In this document: in pieces, positions 37,760 through 51,920 of the stretch
How the letters are laid out: each line of letters begins with the position of its first letter
Position numbering within the stretch: the stretch's first letter is position 1
NCBI RefSeq assembly: GCF_001194135.2
Contig: NC_068981.1
Coordinates: forward strand, 19,677,167 to 19,739,015
Source: Octopus bimaculoides
Lineage: Eukaryota
Direction: 5' to 3'
Length of the DNA: 61,849 bases
Notes under the pieces: model-generated
Database searches by the model: none
Told to the model about the DNA's origin: nothing
What the model saw: only the letters and a program-made list of their open reading frames with translations
Translations under genes and position numbers: made by a program

Positions 37760-40700
37760 AGGTTCTGATATCTATCAGTATAATAGACGTATATTCTAAC
37801 CACCTGTCCGTGTTGCTGTATTCTTTAAGTGGTTTTAAGTTGGCGGTGAAAACGCGCGTTCATTCCATTTACCACAAAAGGATAAGCAGCAATGCTAATC
37901 CTCTTAATATCCTGTAATTGGGTTAACTCAGCAAACAAATTAGATTCAAACAGCCAACCAAATTGTCCGTTGTTATCATAGCTATATCTCAGAAGGCGAA
38001 ATCCAGTTGAAAAAACAGCACCTTTGCTACCGTTGCTCATGAAATATCTATGATAGGAATGGCATCGGGCCACCCTAGAGAAACGTTCAATACAGGTCAA
38101 CAGATAGTTATAATCTTGAACAAGAGATAAGGGTCCAACAATATTCATATGTATATGCTGAAAACGAGCGTTCGGTGCATCAAAAGTACCTAAAGGAATT
38201 CTAATATGAGGATGAGATTTTGCTTTTTGACAAGATGTGCAATATCAAGCCCAGTGATGAACATGGCTATTCGTGTGTTGCAAATGAATCGAGCTGAAAT
38301 GAGTTGCTCCAGTTCTGCAATTCCCAAGTGAAATATTATTATGAAAAGCAACGAAAACTGAACATCTACGTTTAACAAGCACAAAAGCTAGTTCATGACC
38401 AGCAAATATCACACTAAATATGCTTCGTAGAAACAGATAGTGGAACAAGGTGGAATTCTAAATAAGGTGACAGAGTTCTTTAGCTGTAGTAATTCTCTAT
38501 TCGTTTCCTGGTCCACAGTAATTCTTTCCAACCCAACAGCATTCCTGTAGTGAAGAGAATTCATATGAACTCGGGAAAAGGCATCAGCTGCGCAGCTATT
38601 AGTATCACTGATATGACGAATATCGGTAGTAAACCGCGATGCAAAATGAAGGTAGCTTAATTTCCCTTGCGAAACATTTAACTATTTTAGATTTAAGTGC
38701 AAAAGTTAATATCTTATGATTAATATGTGACAACATTTTTTCCTTGTAGTAAATGACAAAAATGATTAACAGATAGATATGCTGTTAATAATTCCCAACC
38801 AAAAGTATTATATCTAGATTCCGCCGGTTTGAAGCTCTCCGACAAAAAGGACAAAAGTTACCAAGAATCCTGAATAAATTGTAAAACACTACCGATTCCC
38901 ATGTCGGAAGCATCCATTAACAAAGAAAGGGGTGCATGTGGGATTGGGTGAGTTAATGTGACCTTGGATAATTTCTCTTTAATCTCGTTAAACGACCGGA
39001 ATTCTTCTGATGTTAAAAGTATTTTCTCGTTGTTCCTTTTTAGATTTTGTAACAATTCTGTTAAAGGGCAAGTCGTTTCAGTTTCATGTGAAATAAAACG
39101 TCTAGAAATTCACTAAACCAAGAAATTCACATAATTTTCATAACAAAGTAAAGCTGGAAATTGTATGTGTACACCTACCTTTTTTTCCGTCAGAGGACGA
39201 ATGCCATTGCAATCAACGATATGGCCTAAAAAGGTTATAGATGAAACAACAAAAGGACATTTATAGGGTTAATCATCACGCCGTAATGTTATAACCTAGT
39301 AAAGAGTTGATTTAGATTACGTTTGTGCAGCCATTCTGAAGCATTAGCAATCAATAAATCATGAATGTACGAAACAACAAAATTCAAACCGTGAGTAACT
39401 TCATCAATAAATCTCTAGAAAGAATTCGCGGAATTTATGAGCTCCAAAAGCATTCTAACGAATTCATGTAGTCCAAATGGTAATAACCGTCTTATGATTG
39501 TCACTGGATTGTTTTAGAATTTGGTTATATGCAAGAACTAAAGCTATCTTCGGTAAAAACAAAAGACTGTAACATTATGTAAAGATGAGAAATCGCGCAT
39601 GCGAGGAATAGAATATTTATCTGGTATCGTTCTAGAATTTAATATCCTGTTGTCTCCACGGAGACGCCAATACTCGTCAGTCTTCTTCGGCAATATATGC
39701 TGAGAAGCCCAATTTACTATAAGGCGGAATAATACGAACTACATGCAACATGTGGCTAAATTCCTCTTTAACAATTTTCAAACTGGTTGGAGCAAGATCG
39801 AGGATGAGCAGAAACAGGAGATCCATTTGTAAAACTACGATGTGCTACTGAATGTAATGGTTTTCTGTCGCTAAAAACTGAGCGAATGACGTCCGGAAAT
39901 CGACTAAGAAAAGCATGATAATTATTAGATGTAGAAGCGACAAAGAAAAATAAACTGGAAATAGTAACCTTTGCACTAATACCCATAAAGTAGTTGTAGA
40001 ATCAATTAATATAAATCTTTAATCAACTGGAAAATCAAAATAATAAAGAAAATCAGTGCCGACGACTAAATACGCAAGATCAGCCATGACAAAATACCAT
40101 TTGAAAATGTAAACTCAAGTCTAACATCATAGGTCTTCCTCCATAAAAGGGTATTACTGAATGGTTTACAGCTTGCAAAGTAACCGCTGTTGATTGCCAG
40201 GTGCCGCTGTCAGCTGCTGTGAAATTGTAAGGTCAAATAACCACTCAGCACCAGTGTCCACAAGTAAACGTGATTCTGAAGTATAAAGAAAACCATAAGA
40301 TAAGTGACTTATGGTAGACGTGTTATAAGATGGAGTCACTGTTAATCTTTGGTGTCTACGTTTTCCTCTTGCTTAGCAGCAGATAGAAAAGAACAAGGTT
40401 GTATTCAACGATGCTCATTCGAGCCGAATCTGTAATGATGCCAACGTTGTGCATAATTTCTCCTGCAAAGACTAGAGAAGCATTTTCGCTCTGAATTTCT
40501 TGAACTGGATGTCGAAACCGCGTATTAAAAGTAGTTTCGAGACATTCCATTTTTCCGCGAGGACCTCAGTCTTGTCTTACGGAACGCCACCAACTCCTTG
40601 CTATACGTTCGGATTTATGGGCACAGCACTATATCAGTGTCGGTATTGGCTTAGAGAAATTACTTCTGTAGTTGCTGAGTTGACGGGCTGCATTCATTTA

Positions 40701-40860
40701 AGTCCAGCGTTTGTAGTGTTTACCATTTTCATTAGTAAAGACGCGGGAATTACAATGTTAGTGGGTCATCGTTCGTGGTTGGTAGCATACAATATTAGGT
40801 AGACTGCGTGTGAAGATGAGAATGACCACACAAATATTTTAATATTATTTCTTTTTTTTT
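37760..40860 (-). mobile_element. Ty3/Gypsy relic 2 (different lineage): gag-protease-RT-RNase H-integrase, decayed
   Basis: LLVDTGA (about 40250), YIHDLLIA (about 39350), DASDMGIGSVLQ, CTSCQKAK..FQHIHMNIVGPL..YLLTCIERF, FHRQLK. Confidence 0.85.
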
Positions 40861-41339
40861 ATTATTATTATTACCCAGAACAATTGCATTTACATATTCA
40901 CAATATTTATTTGAATAAAGCAACACACAAGAAATAGTGAATGTGATTGTTAAAAGTCTTCTTCGCATAAAATATTTTAGTTATTCATATGAAAATCATT
41001 GATGGTTATTGAAGGCAGAATAAGTAGAAATATTGAGAACATCCTATCACGAAACAGACGGGCAGGGTTCTGTATAGCAACGGAGATTATTCTGTTCGGG
41101 AAGTTCAGCATCTCAGCTTTTATAAGATTCAGTCTGGTGACAGTTAATTTCTTGAAGCTGGCCTTTTCCTTCTATGGCAATATAATCGCACCGTGGCTCT
41201 AAATGAGATCTAATCCAACGGTTTGAAACTGATCAGAAGCCTCGCTACAAGTGTTACGTGCTTTGAGTGCTTCGTCTGTTGCGTAGAAAAAGTGCAATGG
41301 AAGCTGTGTTATTTTGATGGATTTGATGTTTGTGTTTCT

Positions 41340-41453
41340 TTCATGTTGTGTGAAGTGCAACATTTTAGTGTCGGTTAGTGACTGTATAGAGAATTTGCTA
41401 CGTGGGATGTGTGGGTTGTATTATTGCGTTATTATTAAGGTTTGTAGAATGTA

Positions 41454-41507
<54 letters not shown>

Positions 41508-41720
41508 CCCTATGTTATTGTGTTATGTTAGTGTATCGTATATGTTACGTGGGTTGTGGTCATATTGTTTGTGATGATTAATTTGGGTGTGCTGCGTGAA
41601 CAATATAATTTTATTTGGTGGTAAATGTATAAGTTATGCGTTGTGTCTGATTAGCAGACAGTTTTTTGAGTGGGATGCTCAAATGAATTGAAAATGTATT
41701 GCGTAGGATGTGGGCTGTAC
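41340..41720 (-). mobile_element. I/Jockey-like LINE relic
   Basis: GT-rich (C/A-rich on the minus strand) decayed ORF-like sequence similar in character to 50500-51920. Confidence 0.3.
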
Positions 41721-42534
41721 CTTGCACTCTATTGAGGTTTGTAGACAATGGTACGGTTTATATATTTTCTTCACGTTCTTCTTTATCATACACTGGAGTT
41801 CCAGTTATTATCGATACCGTTTTTATTCCCAAGCCTTTCATTTTACTTATTTCTAGGTCAAAACACTTGTACTTTGATAGTTCTCAGCCATCTTCCGGAA
41901 GAGATTTTAGTTACAAGGGATCAACATTTCTGTCAGAGTATAGAGATGATTATGTATTTATAAACTGTTCGTCTTGATCTCTTTATCAATCTGGCAGGCA
42001 TACCCACTGATTACTAGAGCCAGATCGTTAATTGTTGTCAATCATCGTGTTAAGATCATGCCTGGCCACTTCTCAATTTTCTCGGGTGGAATGCTTTTGA
42101 TATTTTATGTAAATACATGCTCTCCCATATATCTACATCTATACCTATATATANNNNNNNNNNNNNNNNNNNNNNNNNNNNNNNNNNNNNNNNNNNNNNN
42201 NNNNNNNNNNNNNNNNNNNNNNNNNNNNNNNNNNNNNNNNNNNNNNNNNNNNNNNNNNNNNNNNNNNNNNNNNNNNNNNNNNNNNNNNNNNNNNNNNNNN
42301 NNNNNNNNNNNNNNNNNNNNNNNNNNNNNNNNNNNNNNNNNNNNNNNNNNNNNNNNNNNNNNNNNNNNNNNNNNNNNNNNNNNNNNNNNNNNNNNNNNNN
42401 NNNNNNNNNNNNNNNNNNNNNNNNNNNNNNNNNNNNNNNNNNAGTCATTTTGTGATCTTTGCTACCCTGGTATCTATTAACCAATTTGTTTTGTCGGAGT
42501 TAATTGTTAACTAAGAGAAAATAAATACATATAT

Positions 42535-42615
<81 letters not shown>

Positions 42616-44717
42616 ACATATAGTACATTATGAAAAAAGTTGACGGCGACTTCAAAGTTTTAACTTACTTGCCTTCGTTTAACGAAATGAGACAAAACAA
42701 TTTGTGTTGTTTTGCCTCATTTTATTTTTATCAAAAATGATTGATATTTAATCTAATATTATTTCATCGTCAGTGGTCCTACGTTTGTATTCTTCTTACT
42801 TGTTCTTCTTAGTTACTAGTCTTAATCACACTCCTCTTGTTTTTGTTTTTTCTCCATCTCAGTCACCAAGACTCCACTATGTTTTACCTATTATTATGTC
42901 TTCTCTCCACAGCATAAATTTCTAACAAACCGTATCCAAGAGTTTGTTGACGTCACTACGGCGGCAGTTCTGTCTAAAGACATCAAAACTGCGTACTGTT
43001 AACGTAATAGCTACTGGGGGGCATATTTCGTTTGTTCTGCCTTTTACGTGTTTTTGCCATTCATGAAGACCTTTAAATTCATGACTACCGATGCACACTT
43101 CCAACTCTTCTCATACGTTATATAAGTATGTGTATGTGTGTGAATGTATGCATGTTTGTTTATCTGTGTATCTGAGTGTGTGTGTGTGTGTGCGTGTGTG
43201 TGTGTGTGTGTGCACGTACACACACACACAAGCACACACATATGTGTATATGTCTATCCCGGTATTATGTTGACCAATATTATATGAACTCCAAAAAGCT
43301 ATAAACTGTGTGGCCAGCTTGATAACGACACTGCGTTGTTAAAGATATGGCGTACATATTCTCTGTATTTCATTCCGCGGCAAGACTTTATATGTTTTAA
43401 TCATATTTATATTTCGATATAGCTAACAACTTTATTAACTTTAATATCTGCAACCGTTTCTTGTCTGGAAATTTCTTAGCGAAGTTGCTCTACCTTAGAC
43501 TGTGCAGCTTGTTGCTTAACCCCAGGTCAGACTTGATCACGCGGACCTGCGATCAAAAGCTTTCAAGTCGTGTGACCATTCCATCTTTCCAGAAATAGTT
43601 TATCACATACTATTATTGTTTATGCTCCTGCAGATTATAAATTACCAAAACATTTTGAAACAACGTTTGTCAAGATTAGCGCAATTGCAAACTGGGTGAA
43701 TAGAAACGAAATATATTTAACATGCTCGACATGTCTGTTTTATACCCCACACGCACAGACACAGACACAAAGAAAAATATTTCTTCCCAAAGCCTCCTTC
43801 TCTAGTATATGGAATGAGAAACACAGGAATCGTTTTATGAGTTGTAATAGATCACACTTTACAAATGACACTTAAGGATAATCTACTAAACAAATATACA
43901 AGTTATACGTTAGGTGTTGCAATAATAGATGTTGAGACTGTAAAAGATAATAAAGGCACACCTTACTTCAGAAGTAGAGCTACGTCATCAGCAGCAGCGC
44001 TACCACCACCAACACCACCACCATTACTACCATCATCACCACCATCATCATCATCGTCATCATCATCATTATCGTCATCATCCTTCTAAGTAGGGTGAAA
44101 TAACTATAATTACAACAACAAAAAAATGCAACCAGATATTCTGTGGAAGCTGGAAGAAAACGGTGCTAACCTCCCTCTCTTTCATCTTTGTTCTTTGTTG
44201 TTTTACATTCTACCATTTCTTACATTTGGATTCTTTAGAGATGTTTTTTTAAAATATGTATATTCGTATATACATACATGTGTGTGTGTGTGAATGTGTA
44301 TGCATGTATTTGTGTGTGTAGTTTTCAACTAAAACAAACATGACTTATTTCTTAATTCTATTTTACCCTATATTTTTCAGATATTTTAAGTCACTTTACT
44401 GTATTTAATGTTATTTCTTGCATATTTTTTTTTATGTAAAAAGGAATGTTCTGGAAAACAGCTTAGGCTAGAAACATTGCCTTTTTGATTGTCTAACTCT
44501 CTTTCAGCGTGAGTATCGGGTGGGGGGAGGTGTATGTGCGAGTATATGGATACATATGAATGTATGTTTATGTACACAAGTATATATTTATACGTATACG
44601 TATAAATATATGTGCGCGTGTGTGTGCGTATGCGCATGTATATATATAAATATATACACACACACACACACACACACATGTATGCATTTTATGTGAGCAT
44701 ATATTTGTACGTGAGTG

Positions 44718-44718
<1 letters not shown>

Positions 44719-44782
<64 letters not shown>

Positions 44783-44945
44783 CAACAACAACAATGAGAA
44801 GAAGAAGAAGAAGAAGAAGAAGAAGAAGAAGAAGAAGAAGAAGAAGAAGAAGAAGAAGAAGAAGAAGAAGAAGAAGAAGAAGAAGAAGAAGAAGAAGGAG
44901 GAGGAGGAGGAGGAGGAGGAGGAGAAGAAGAAGAAGAAGAAGAAA
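44719..44945. repeat. (AAT)(AAC)(AAG)(GAG) compound trinucleotide array
   Basis: Direct reading. Confidence 0.95.
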
Positions 44946-45154
44946 CAAAGTCGATGATGATAATTTTATTAACAGTAACATCAAAATTTTGACGGTTGTG
45001 ACTGGGTCACAGTTTGAAGAAGCCACGCTTAGTGAAACCTCGAAGTGACTTCCAATAAAATTATAAATACTATACTCAAAGCATGGTCCTGAGTTCTTTG
45101 TTAAGAAACTCGCATCGTTAATTGTATAGGTATGTGTGAGTGTGTGTGTACATG

Positions 45155-45693
45155 TATTCTTTTATTCTTTTACTTGTTTCAGTCATTTGACTCCGGCCAT
45201 GCTGGAGCACCGCCTTTAATCGAGCAAATCGACCCCAGGACTTATTCTTTGTAAGTCAAGTACATATTCTATTGGTCTCTTTTTGTCGAACCTCTAAGTT
45301 ACGGGGGATGTAAACACACCAGCATCGGTTGTCGAGCGATATTGGGGGGGAGCAAACACAGACGCATAAACACACACANNNNNNNNNNNNNNNNTATATA
45401 TATATATATATATATATATATGTCAAAGACTTTCCGTATTCCCGAGCGTCATACTAATATATACTTTTGTTATTTACACCACCTGTCCTCGTCTGTTGTT
45501 ATTATTTGTATATTCTCCCATATATATATATATATATATACGACGGGCTTCTTTCAGTTTCTGTCTACCAAATCCACTCACAAGGCTTTGAACAGTCCAA
45601 GGCTATAGTAGGCAACACTTGCCCAAGGTTCCACGCAGTGGGACTGAACCTGGAACCATGTGGTTGGTAAGCAAGCTACTTACCACACAACCA
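45155..45693 (-). mobile_element. SINE family C, interrupted internally by (TA)n, a gap and a family E fragment
   Basis: 3' half at 45155-45378, 5' half at about 45540-45693. Confidence 0.88.
45422..45519 (+). mobile_element. Family E fragment starting at the predicted hammerhead cleavage triplet
   Basis: Identical by eye to 13903-14000; (TA)n on both sides. Confidence 0.85.
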
Positions 45694-45704
45694 TTCATTC
45701 CTTT

Positions 45705-46600
45705 TATTTCTAGGTTTCTTGTCAATGGAGAAAGAGCCGGTTTCTAATCTAGATCCAAAGCTTCTTCATTGGAATTTCAAGAACATCAGCCGCTAGTTCT
45801 GCATGTTTGAGTGTATGTGTAAAATATCTGGAGTAAGACCATGTATAAAAGCTTTAAAGCCTGTATTTGAAATTGCTCCTATTGTGGCTTTCTAATTTGC
45901 CATTGATGCAGATAAGTGATCTCAAATACAACATTTTGGTCGATTCATTGATCCAATTTGGAATGCGGACTCTTATCTGTGCACATGGAAAAGACGAATA
46001 CCATTTTCATATTTCACATTCTGAAGGAACAAAATCTGTGTCGTCCATAGATATTTATGCATTCTACTACATGGCTTGTATTGACTACTTTAACCACTTA
46101 CAACGATGTCAAAATTTATTCCACTCGTATGCTGATGATATGTACGCCAAGGTAAAGACATGAAAGCTCTTGTTATATAAAAAGACACATCAAAATAATT
46201 TGCATATGGACTTGTGTATTCCATATAGACGATATAAACATTGATAGAGCCAGAGAAACCGATCAGTTGTATATTCTTCGATACAGTTTCACAAGAAGTC
46301 TCAGATACATGCATGGACAAATTTAGAATTTGTGGAAAGCCAAGTCTCTTCATTAGATTTATCTGCAAAACTGCTTCGAAAGAGTTAAGCGAAGAGCTTT
46401 TTCCTCAGTATTTTTCGACCAGTATTTTTCATCACATACCCATGATCCGCTTCATAAAGAAGTATGACATCTTCAGCCATACAAAATGCGACATGCATAC
46501 TTCTGAGAGGCAAAAAAGAGGCCTTCGTCACACACATATTCTTACCTGAAAAAACATATATAATCCAAACAAATAGACTCGAATATATAAACAGATCGAA
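45705..46600 (-). mobile_element. RLE-type LINE 3' relic (same family as 61100-61550)
   Basis: 3' UTR block at 45705-45790 matches 61105-61195; upstream minus fragments (ETVSKN, FDIVV, TDKSPHSK..VFEIT) are RLE-LINE-like. Confidence 0.5.
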
Positions 46601-46944
46601 TATATAAACCCCATTCATTTTTTGATATTGTCAAAAGAGCAACGGTTCGCAGCCCACGTCAGGCTTCACACCCAAAATCTCCTTGCATGAAAAATAATAA
46701 ATGTGCCAAAATGTATGCCATGAAACTGACAAAAGAATTTCCCCACTAATGCTGAATTCCTTTGAAATATGCCATCAATGTTGAGTTCTGTCAATCATTT
46801 GAATGTGTGGAAATATGTCATCAAGAGGTTTTATGCTGCTATGTAATGTCTTCAAAGTTAAAACAAAAATAAAAGCGACCCAGTTCCAGCTGCGAAAGTA
46901 CGTTAGCAACAATAAAGAATTCCGGTGCATTTTTTTAAATTTCT

Positions 46945-46994
46945 AATTAATGAACGGCATTAATTGGAAATCCAATTAATGTCGCTCATTAATT
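46945..46994. repeat. 23-bp stem, 4-nt loop palindrome
   Basis: AATTAATGAACGGCATTAATTGG-AAAT-CCAATTAATGTCGCTCATTAATT; 21/23 Watson-Crick. Confidence 0.9.
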
Positions 46995-47353
46995 GCGAAT
47001 CCAAGAAAGTGTACATCTAGAAAATAGACAAAGTCTACTTTACCGAAAAAAAATACTTTGGAAAAGACACTCGCTCCAAAAAAATAAAACTCTGAATGCC
47101 TTCTTCAAAAGTACGCTGCTTTAGTCTGCGGTAAATTATTTTTACACTTTGACAAGTAAATAATACATAAGAAGTACAAATTAACTTGGCAGCCCTATAA
47201 ATGACATTTTTAAACACGAGCACTTGAGAAGATTGACCAGTATTCAGCTAAGCCAACACGAATGTTTTATGTTCATATAATGCTCTATGATGTTAGAAAC
47301 CTAGAACCCATTGAGGATTTGTACACAAATACACTCATAGAATATATGCGTAT

Positions 47354-47515
47354 AGACGCAGACATGGCTGTGTAGTTAAGAAGCTCGCTTTGAAATTACG
47401 TAGTTTCGGGTTCAGTCCCACGATGCAGTACTTCGGACAAGTTTCTTCTACGACCCAAGTTTTGTGAATGGATCTGATCGACGGAAACTGTGTGGAACTC
47501 TGTCTTGTGTGTGTG
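47354..47515 (+). mobile_element. SINE family C, 5' half, diverged
   Basis: CATGGCTGTGTAGTTAAGAAGC..CGGGTTCAGTCCCA..GACGGAAACTG, then (TG)n. Confidence 0.75.
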
Positions 47516-48032
47516 CGTGTACGTGTATGTGTGTAAATATACACAAATATAAGATATACTACAATAGTATGTATGTATGTATGTATGTATGTATGTATGC
47601 ATGCATGTTTTCGTGAGTGCGTTCAAATATCCGTTAGAATTTCAGAATATGCCGTTAAAATATATTAACTTTGATCTAACACCATATTCTGCAATTCAGT
47701 CCGCTCCCTACCTCGCAATATGTGGCACTTTATACCTGTGTAGCTGTGTATACTGTCCCCATGTGAACAATGCAGTGGAGATAGTTCTTATCCTTCGGTG
47801 CTATTTAACGTGTTTGTTCAACTTCCTGAAATAATGAAATAGCTCAAGTGGACGTATAACGACGGAAAGCAATCCCCTATGTACAAACATATACCATTGT
47901 GGAGCAATGACCCCAGGACTTATTCTTTATTTCTGTATGCATCTGTGTTCAAGTGTATATATGCATACACGCACACACACACAATCAAATACAAACATAC
48001 AGATATATACATGTGTGTATGTTTCTCTCTGT

Positions 48033-48077
<45 letters not shown>

Positions 48078-50103
48078 GATATGAATATCCAAATGTAGGA
48101 GCATGTTTTTATTTTTTATTTTGTACGATTCAATCATTGGATCGCGGCCATACTGCGGCGCAGCCGTGATGTCTAGTTCTATATCATTTATTTTTCTCGA
48201 ACTGCAAAGTTTTTGGTACATACACAAACCAACACCCATAATCATGTGATCACACACAACACACACACACGCATGCGCGCACAAATTAAGTATTTCAGTG
48301 CATAATCGATTTTTCTACGCGGGCTATCACGCAGTGCTTAAGAAAAGAACACCGTAAAATATTGTATTTAGAACTGTATTATGTAAAATATTGTATCCAG
48401 CATTCTAACTAATATGGAAACTGGCCTTATAACACAAACAACGAGTGAAGCTTAAACCCACGTGGGAGCTTTTACACAGAAGTTCAAAACAGAAGCTTAA
48501 TCTTTTGAAAGGATCTATTCTATCAGGGCTGACCTGGGTTGCACAACAGCAGCAATAACAACAGGTAATGACAATGTAACATAACTGTGTCCTCTCACCA
48601 AATCAGTTGGAAGTATTGATTAATTCTCCATAAGCATAGAAATATCCACGGTAATATATAACGTTAGAATTACACGTTCTATGCTGCACGTTCATTTTTC
48701 TAAGCATTTATAATGTTATGACAGTTGACACCTCCCACTTTATTTAGAGGATAGAAATTAACAAACATTGTTGCCAGCAGTATGGAACAAACAAATACAA
48801 AGACCCGGTTTTGGGTAATGAGTTAGTGCTAATAATAATGGTTTCGCATGCTGGCACAAGGCCAAATAAATTAGAAGGGAACGGCTACACTTGATTGATT
48901 CAAGATTGGTACAAGATTGGTACTTATTTTATTGATTACGAAAGGTATGAATACAGTGTCATTCGGAGTTACACAGCGTATATGACACGATGAAAAGCAG
49001 TCGGGAGATGAACAATAATAGGTTGAAAGCAAGAATAGCAACGAAATAGGAGGCAACAGGCTTCCATACGTCACTGGATTTGCAATGTATGTGTGTAGGG
49101 TGTTTATATGCGCGACGTATGAGTTGTGCGTGCGTGTGTGCGTGCATGTCTGTCTCAGAAGAGAGAGTGTGTGAAAAAATTAAGTAGGGTTTATGCGAGA
49201 GACAGTTGAAAGTGAAAGAGAGAATGAGAGCAGAATGAAGCAAATATGATGGAGAAGAGAACACTGGGCAGACGACACACTGTAAAATGTGACCAATTCA
49301 AAGTGCAGATATCATACACGTGACCAACAGACAGGATAACAAAACAACGCAGTTACGTTTGTCTGTTATATATTTATTGTATTCCATAGATCTCACATTA
49401 GTTTAATATTAGATAAGGAATAAATTTAACAAAAATTTGGGGGACAGAAAAAGTAAATAATATTGACACGATGTTGAGTGGAACACGTAATAGCTCCATT
49501 AATCAAGTTTCATGAAAAAGTGTTTGAGGACCAATTTAAGAGTGAACGAATAATAGAATTTGTATTTCTAAAATGAAGTAGGGCTGTAAACACGTTCCCA
49601 GATGCCATATTTGTGTGGTTGATATATGTGTGTTTGTGTGTGTGTGTGTGACATTTCTTTATACATTTTTACTTGATACAAATTTTTTTCTATGTATTCN
49701 NNNNNNNNNNNNNNNNNNNNNNNNNNNNNNNNNNNNNNNNNNNNNNNNNNNNNNNNNNNNNNNNNNNNNNNNNNNNNNNNNNNNNNNNNNNNNNNNNNNN
49801 NNNNNNNNNNNNNNNNNNNNNNNNNNNNNNNNNNNNNNNNNNNNNNNNNNNNNNNNNNNNNNNNNNNNNNNNNNNNNNNNNNNNNNNNNNNNNNNNNNNN
49901 NNNNNNNNNNNNNNNNNNNNNNNNNNNNNNNNNNNNNNNNNNNNNNNNNNNNNNNNNNNNNNNNNNNNNNNNNNNNNNNNNNNNNNNNNNNNNNNNNNNN
50001 NNNNNNNNNNNNNNNNNNNNNNNNNNNNNNNNNNNNNNNNNNNNNNNNNNNNNNNNNNNNNNNNNNNNNNNNNNNNNNNNNNNNNNNNNNNNNNNNNNNN
50101 NNN

Positions 50104-50151
<48 letters not shown>

Positions 50152-50499
50152 TAACATATATACATATACGCGTGTTTACATATGTGTTGTACGTATGTTA
50201 AGACAAAGGGTAATACGCTGAACACAGTGCACAAAAGCTTTTAATTTAAATTTTTGCCTTAGTTGAAGGAAGAGAAATAGATATATTTGTATAGGCATGT
50301 GTATTATGTGTGGACACATGCCCGCCATACGCACAAACACCCATACACACATCCATACACAAACACTAGCCAAAAAGCCGCCCCCTATGACTTTTGTCCA
50401 ATGATTTCTTTCCAGTGACATTTTCTGACAACTCTCCTTCTGTAACTTTATTTTGCCTATGACGTTTTTCTAGAGACTTTTTTCCCTTGGATTAATTTC

Positions 50500-51461
50500 A
50501 TTTTGTTATATTTGTTTCGTTGTGATATTGTTGTTCTTTTTAGCTCCTGGTCTACTTTGAGTGCGCAGACCTTTGATAAAAAGCCATCCAATCATTACCA
50601 ACCCATTGTATTTTTCGAGTATCTAAAGTCGTATTAGATGTGATCGAACTCCAGACATTGGTGCGTGATTGATAAGAAATTTAGTCGCTATTTCTACCGA
50701 AATGCACGACCATGTATAAAGCTTCTTGGTAGTTCGTCGTTGTGTAAGAGATATGCGGGTGTAGCTTGTGTGCAAATGATTTTATGCAAATGAATTTATG
50801 CGAAGTGATATGTGGGTGGTGTCTGTATGCAAATGAACCGCGAAATGCGCTATTTTGTGTTCTGGTAGATTATTAAGGCTTGTTCGGGTAAGATCTGCCA
50901 GTCCAGACAGAACTGACGTAATTTATAATATGGATGTGGTCCATAATGAATATAATGGAATTTGAATGGATCCATAATGGTTTCTTTGTAGTCATACGTT
51001 GTTTCATTTTGTTGACCAAATGTGATGATTGTGAGTTATCCAACTACCTTTGTGAATGTTGTAGAGGTGTTGTATGCAATTCAAAGTATTTGCCGTGCGT
51101 GTATGCAGTGTGATAATGTTTGTAGGATGTGATGGGTGGCTATAATAGACGCTATCTGGTATTGTTGGTAGAAAGTGAAGACGATGTTTTAGGCAAATGC
51201 TACTTTTAGTGTTTGGAGACGCATTTTCTAGATGATTTATGAAAGAAGGGGTAATTTTAGAGAACTGACTGATGACATAGTGGAAGGATATGATTGAGAA
51301 CTGGGATGTCAAATATATACCAGGTTACTATGCGTTTGCTCTTTGGGGGTCTATGTCGTGTAGGTATAATTGAATAAATAGAGTTAAAAGATGGATCCTT
51401 GTATATATCATTTGTAAAATTCTAAATGTGTGTGCATGTTTGTACGTGTGCGTGCGTATAT

Positions 51462-51500
<39 letters not shown>

Positions 51501-51920
51501 TGTTTGACGACCTAAAAGATAGTTTCCTAACTAAAGTTGTGTATGTCGTCTCTTTTTTCCAAAATATTTAATTTATCCGTGGGTAACGAGGAAAGGAGAT
51601 GAAAATATTGATGGTATCTGTAGAGTTAGAATAGTGTACGTAGAAGGGCTTAATTGAAGAAATCGTTTTATATTTTGTCTGAGTAGCGTAATGTTTCAGT
51701 TTGTGAATCCATGTTACCAGCCGTAAAGATGAATGCGTGGGTTAGTGATGTCACGCCGGAGTATTTCTAGGAAGTGTGAAACTGTTCGTAAGGGAGGGAT
51801 GGGCCGGGAAGTTGCTGCTGCCAACAAAAGGCCTGTAAATTGCGTTTCTTCGTAGTAGATTAAGCTTGTGCGGAGAGTAATACATTATCTTCCCCAAGAA
51901 TAATAACCCTGAACTGGTGT
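50500..51920 (-). mobile_element. I/Jockey-like LINE RT relic
   Basis: Minus: SRPIPPLRTVSHFLE..HGF, QGSI...YLHD, NHAP..SHLIRL*ILE; collinear RT domains, split by (TG)n. Confidence 0.6.

Noticed and set aside
40860-41330. 5' LTR/PBS of Gypsy element 2
   Set aside because: No TG...CA boundary, tRNA-complementary PBS or second copy could be identified.
42922-43104. 60-aa minus ORF (MEVCIGSHEFKGLHEWQKH...)
   Set aside because: No motif I recognise and no splice support; length is compatible with chance.
44568-45048. Poly-L/N/K/R ORFs
   Set aside because: Compound trinucleotide microsatellite.
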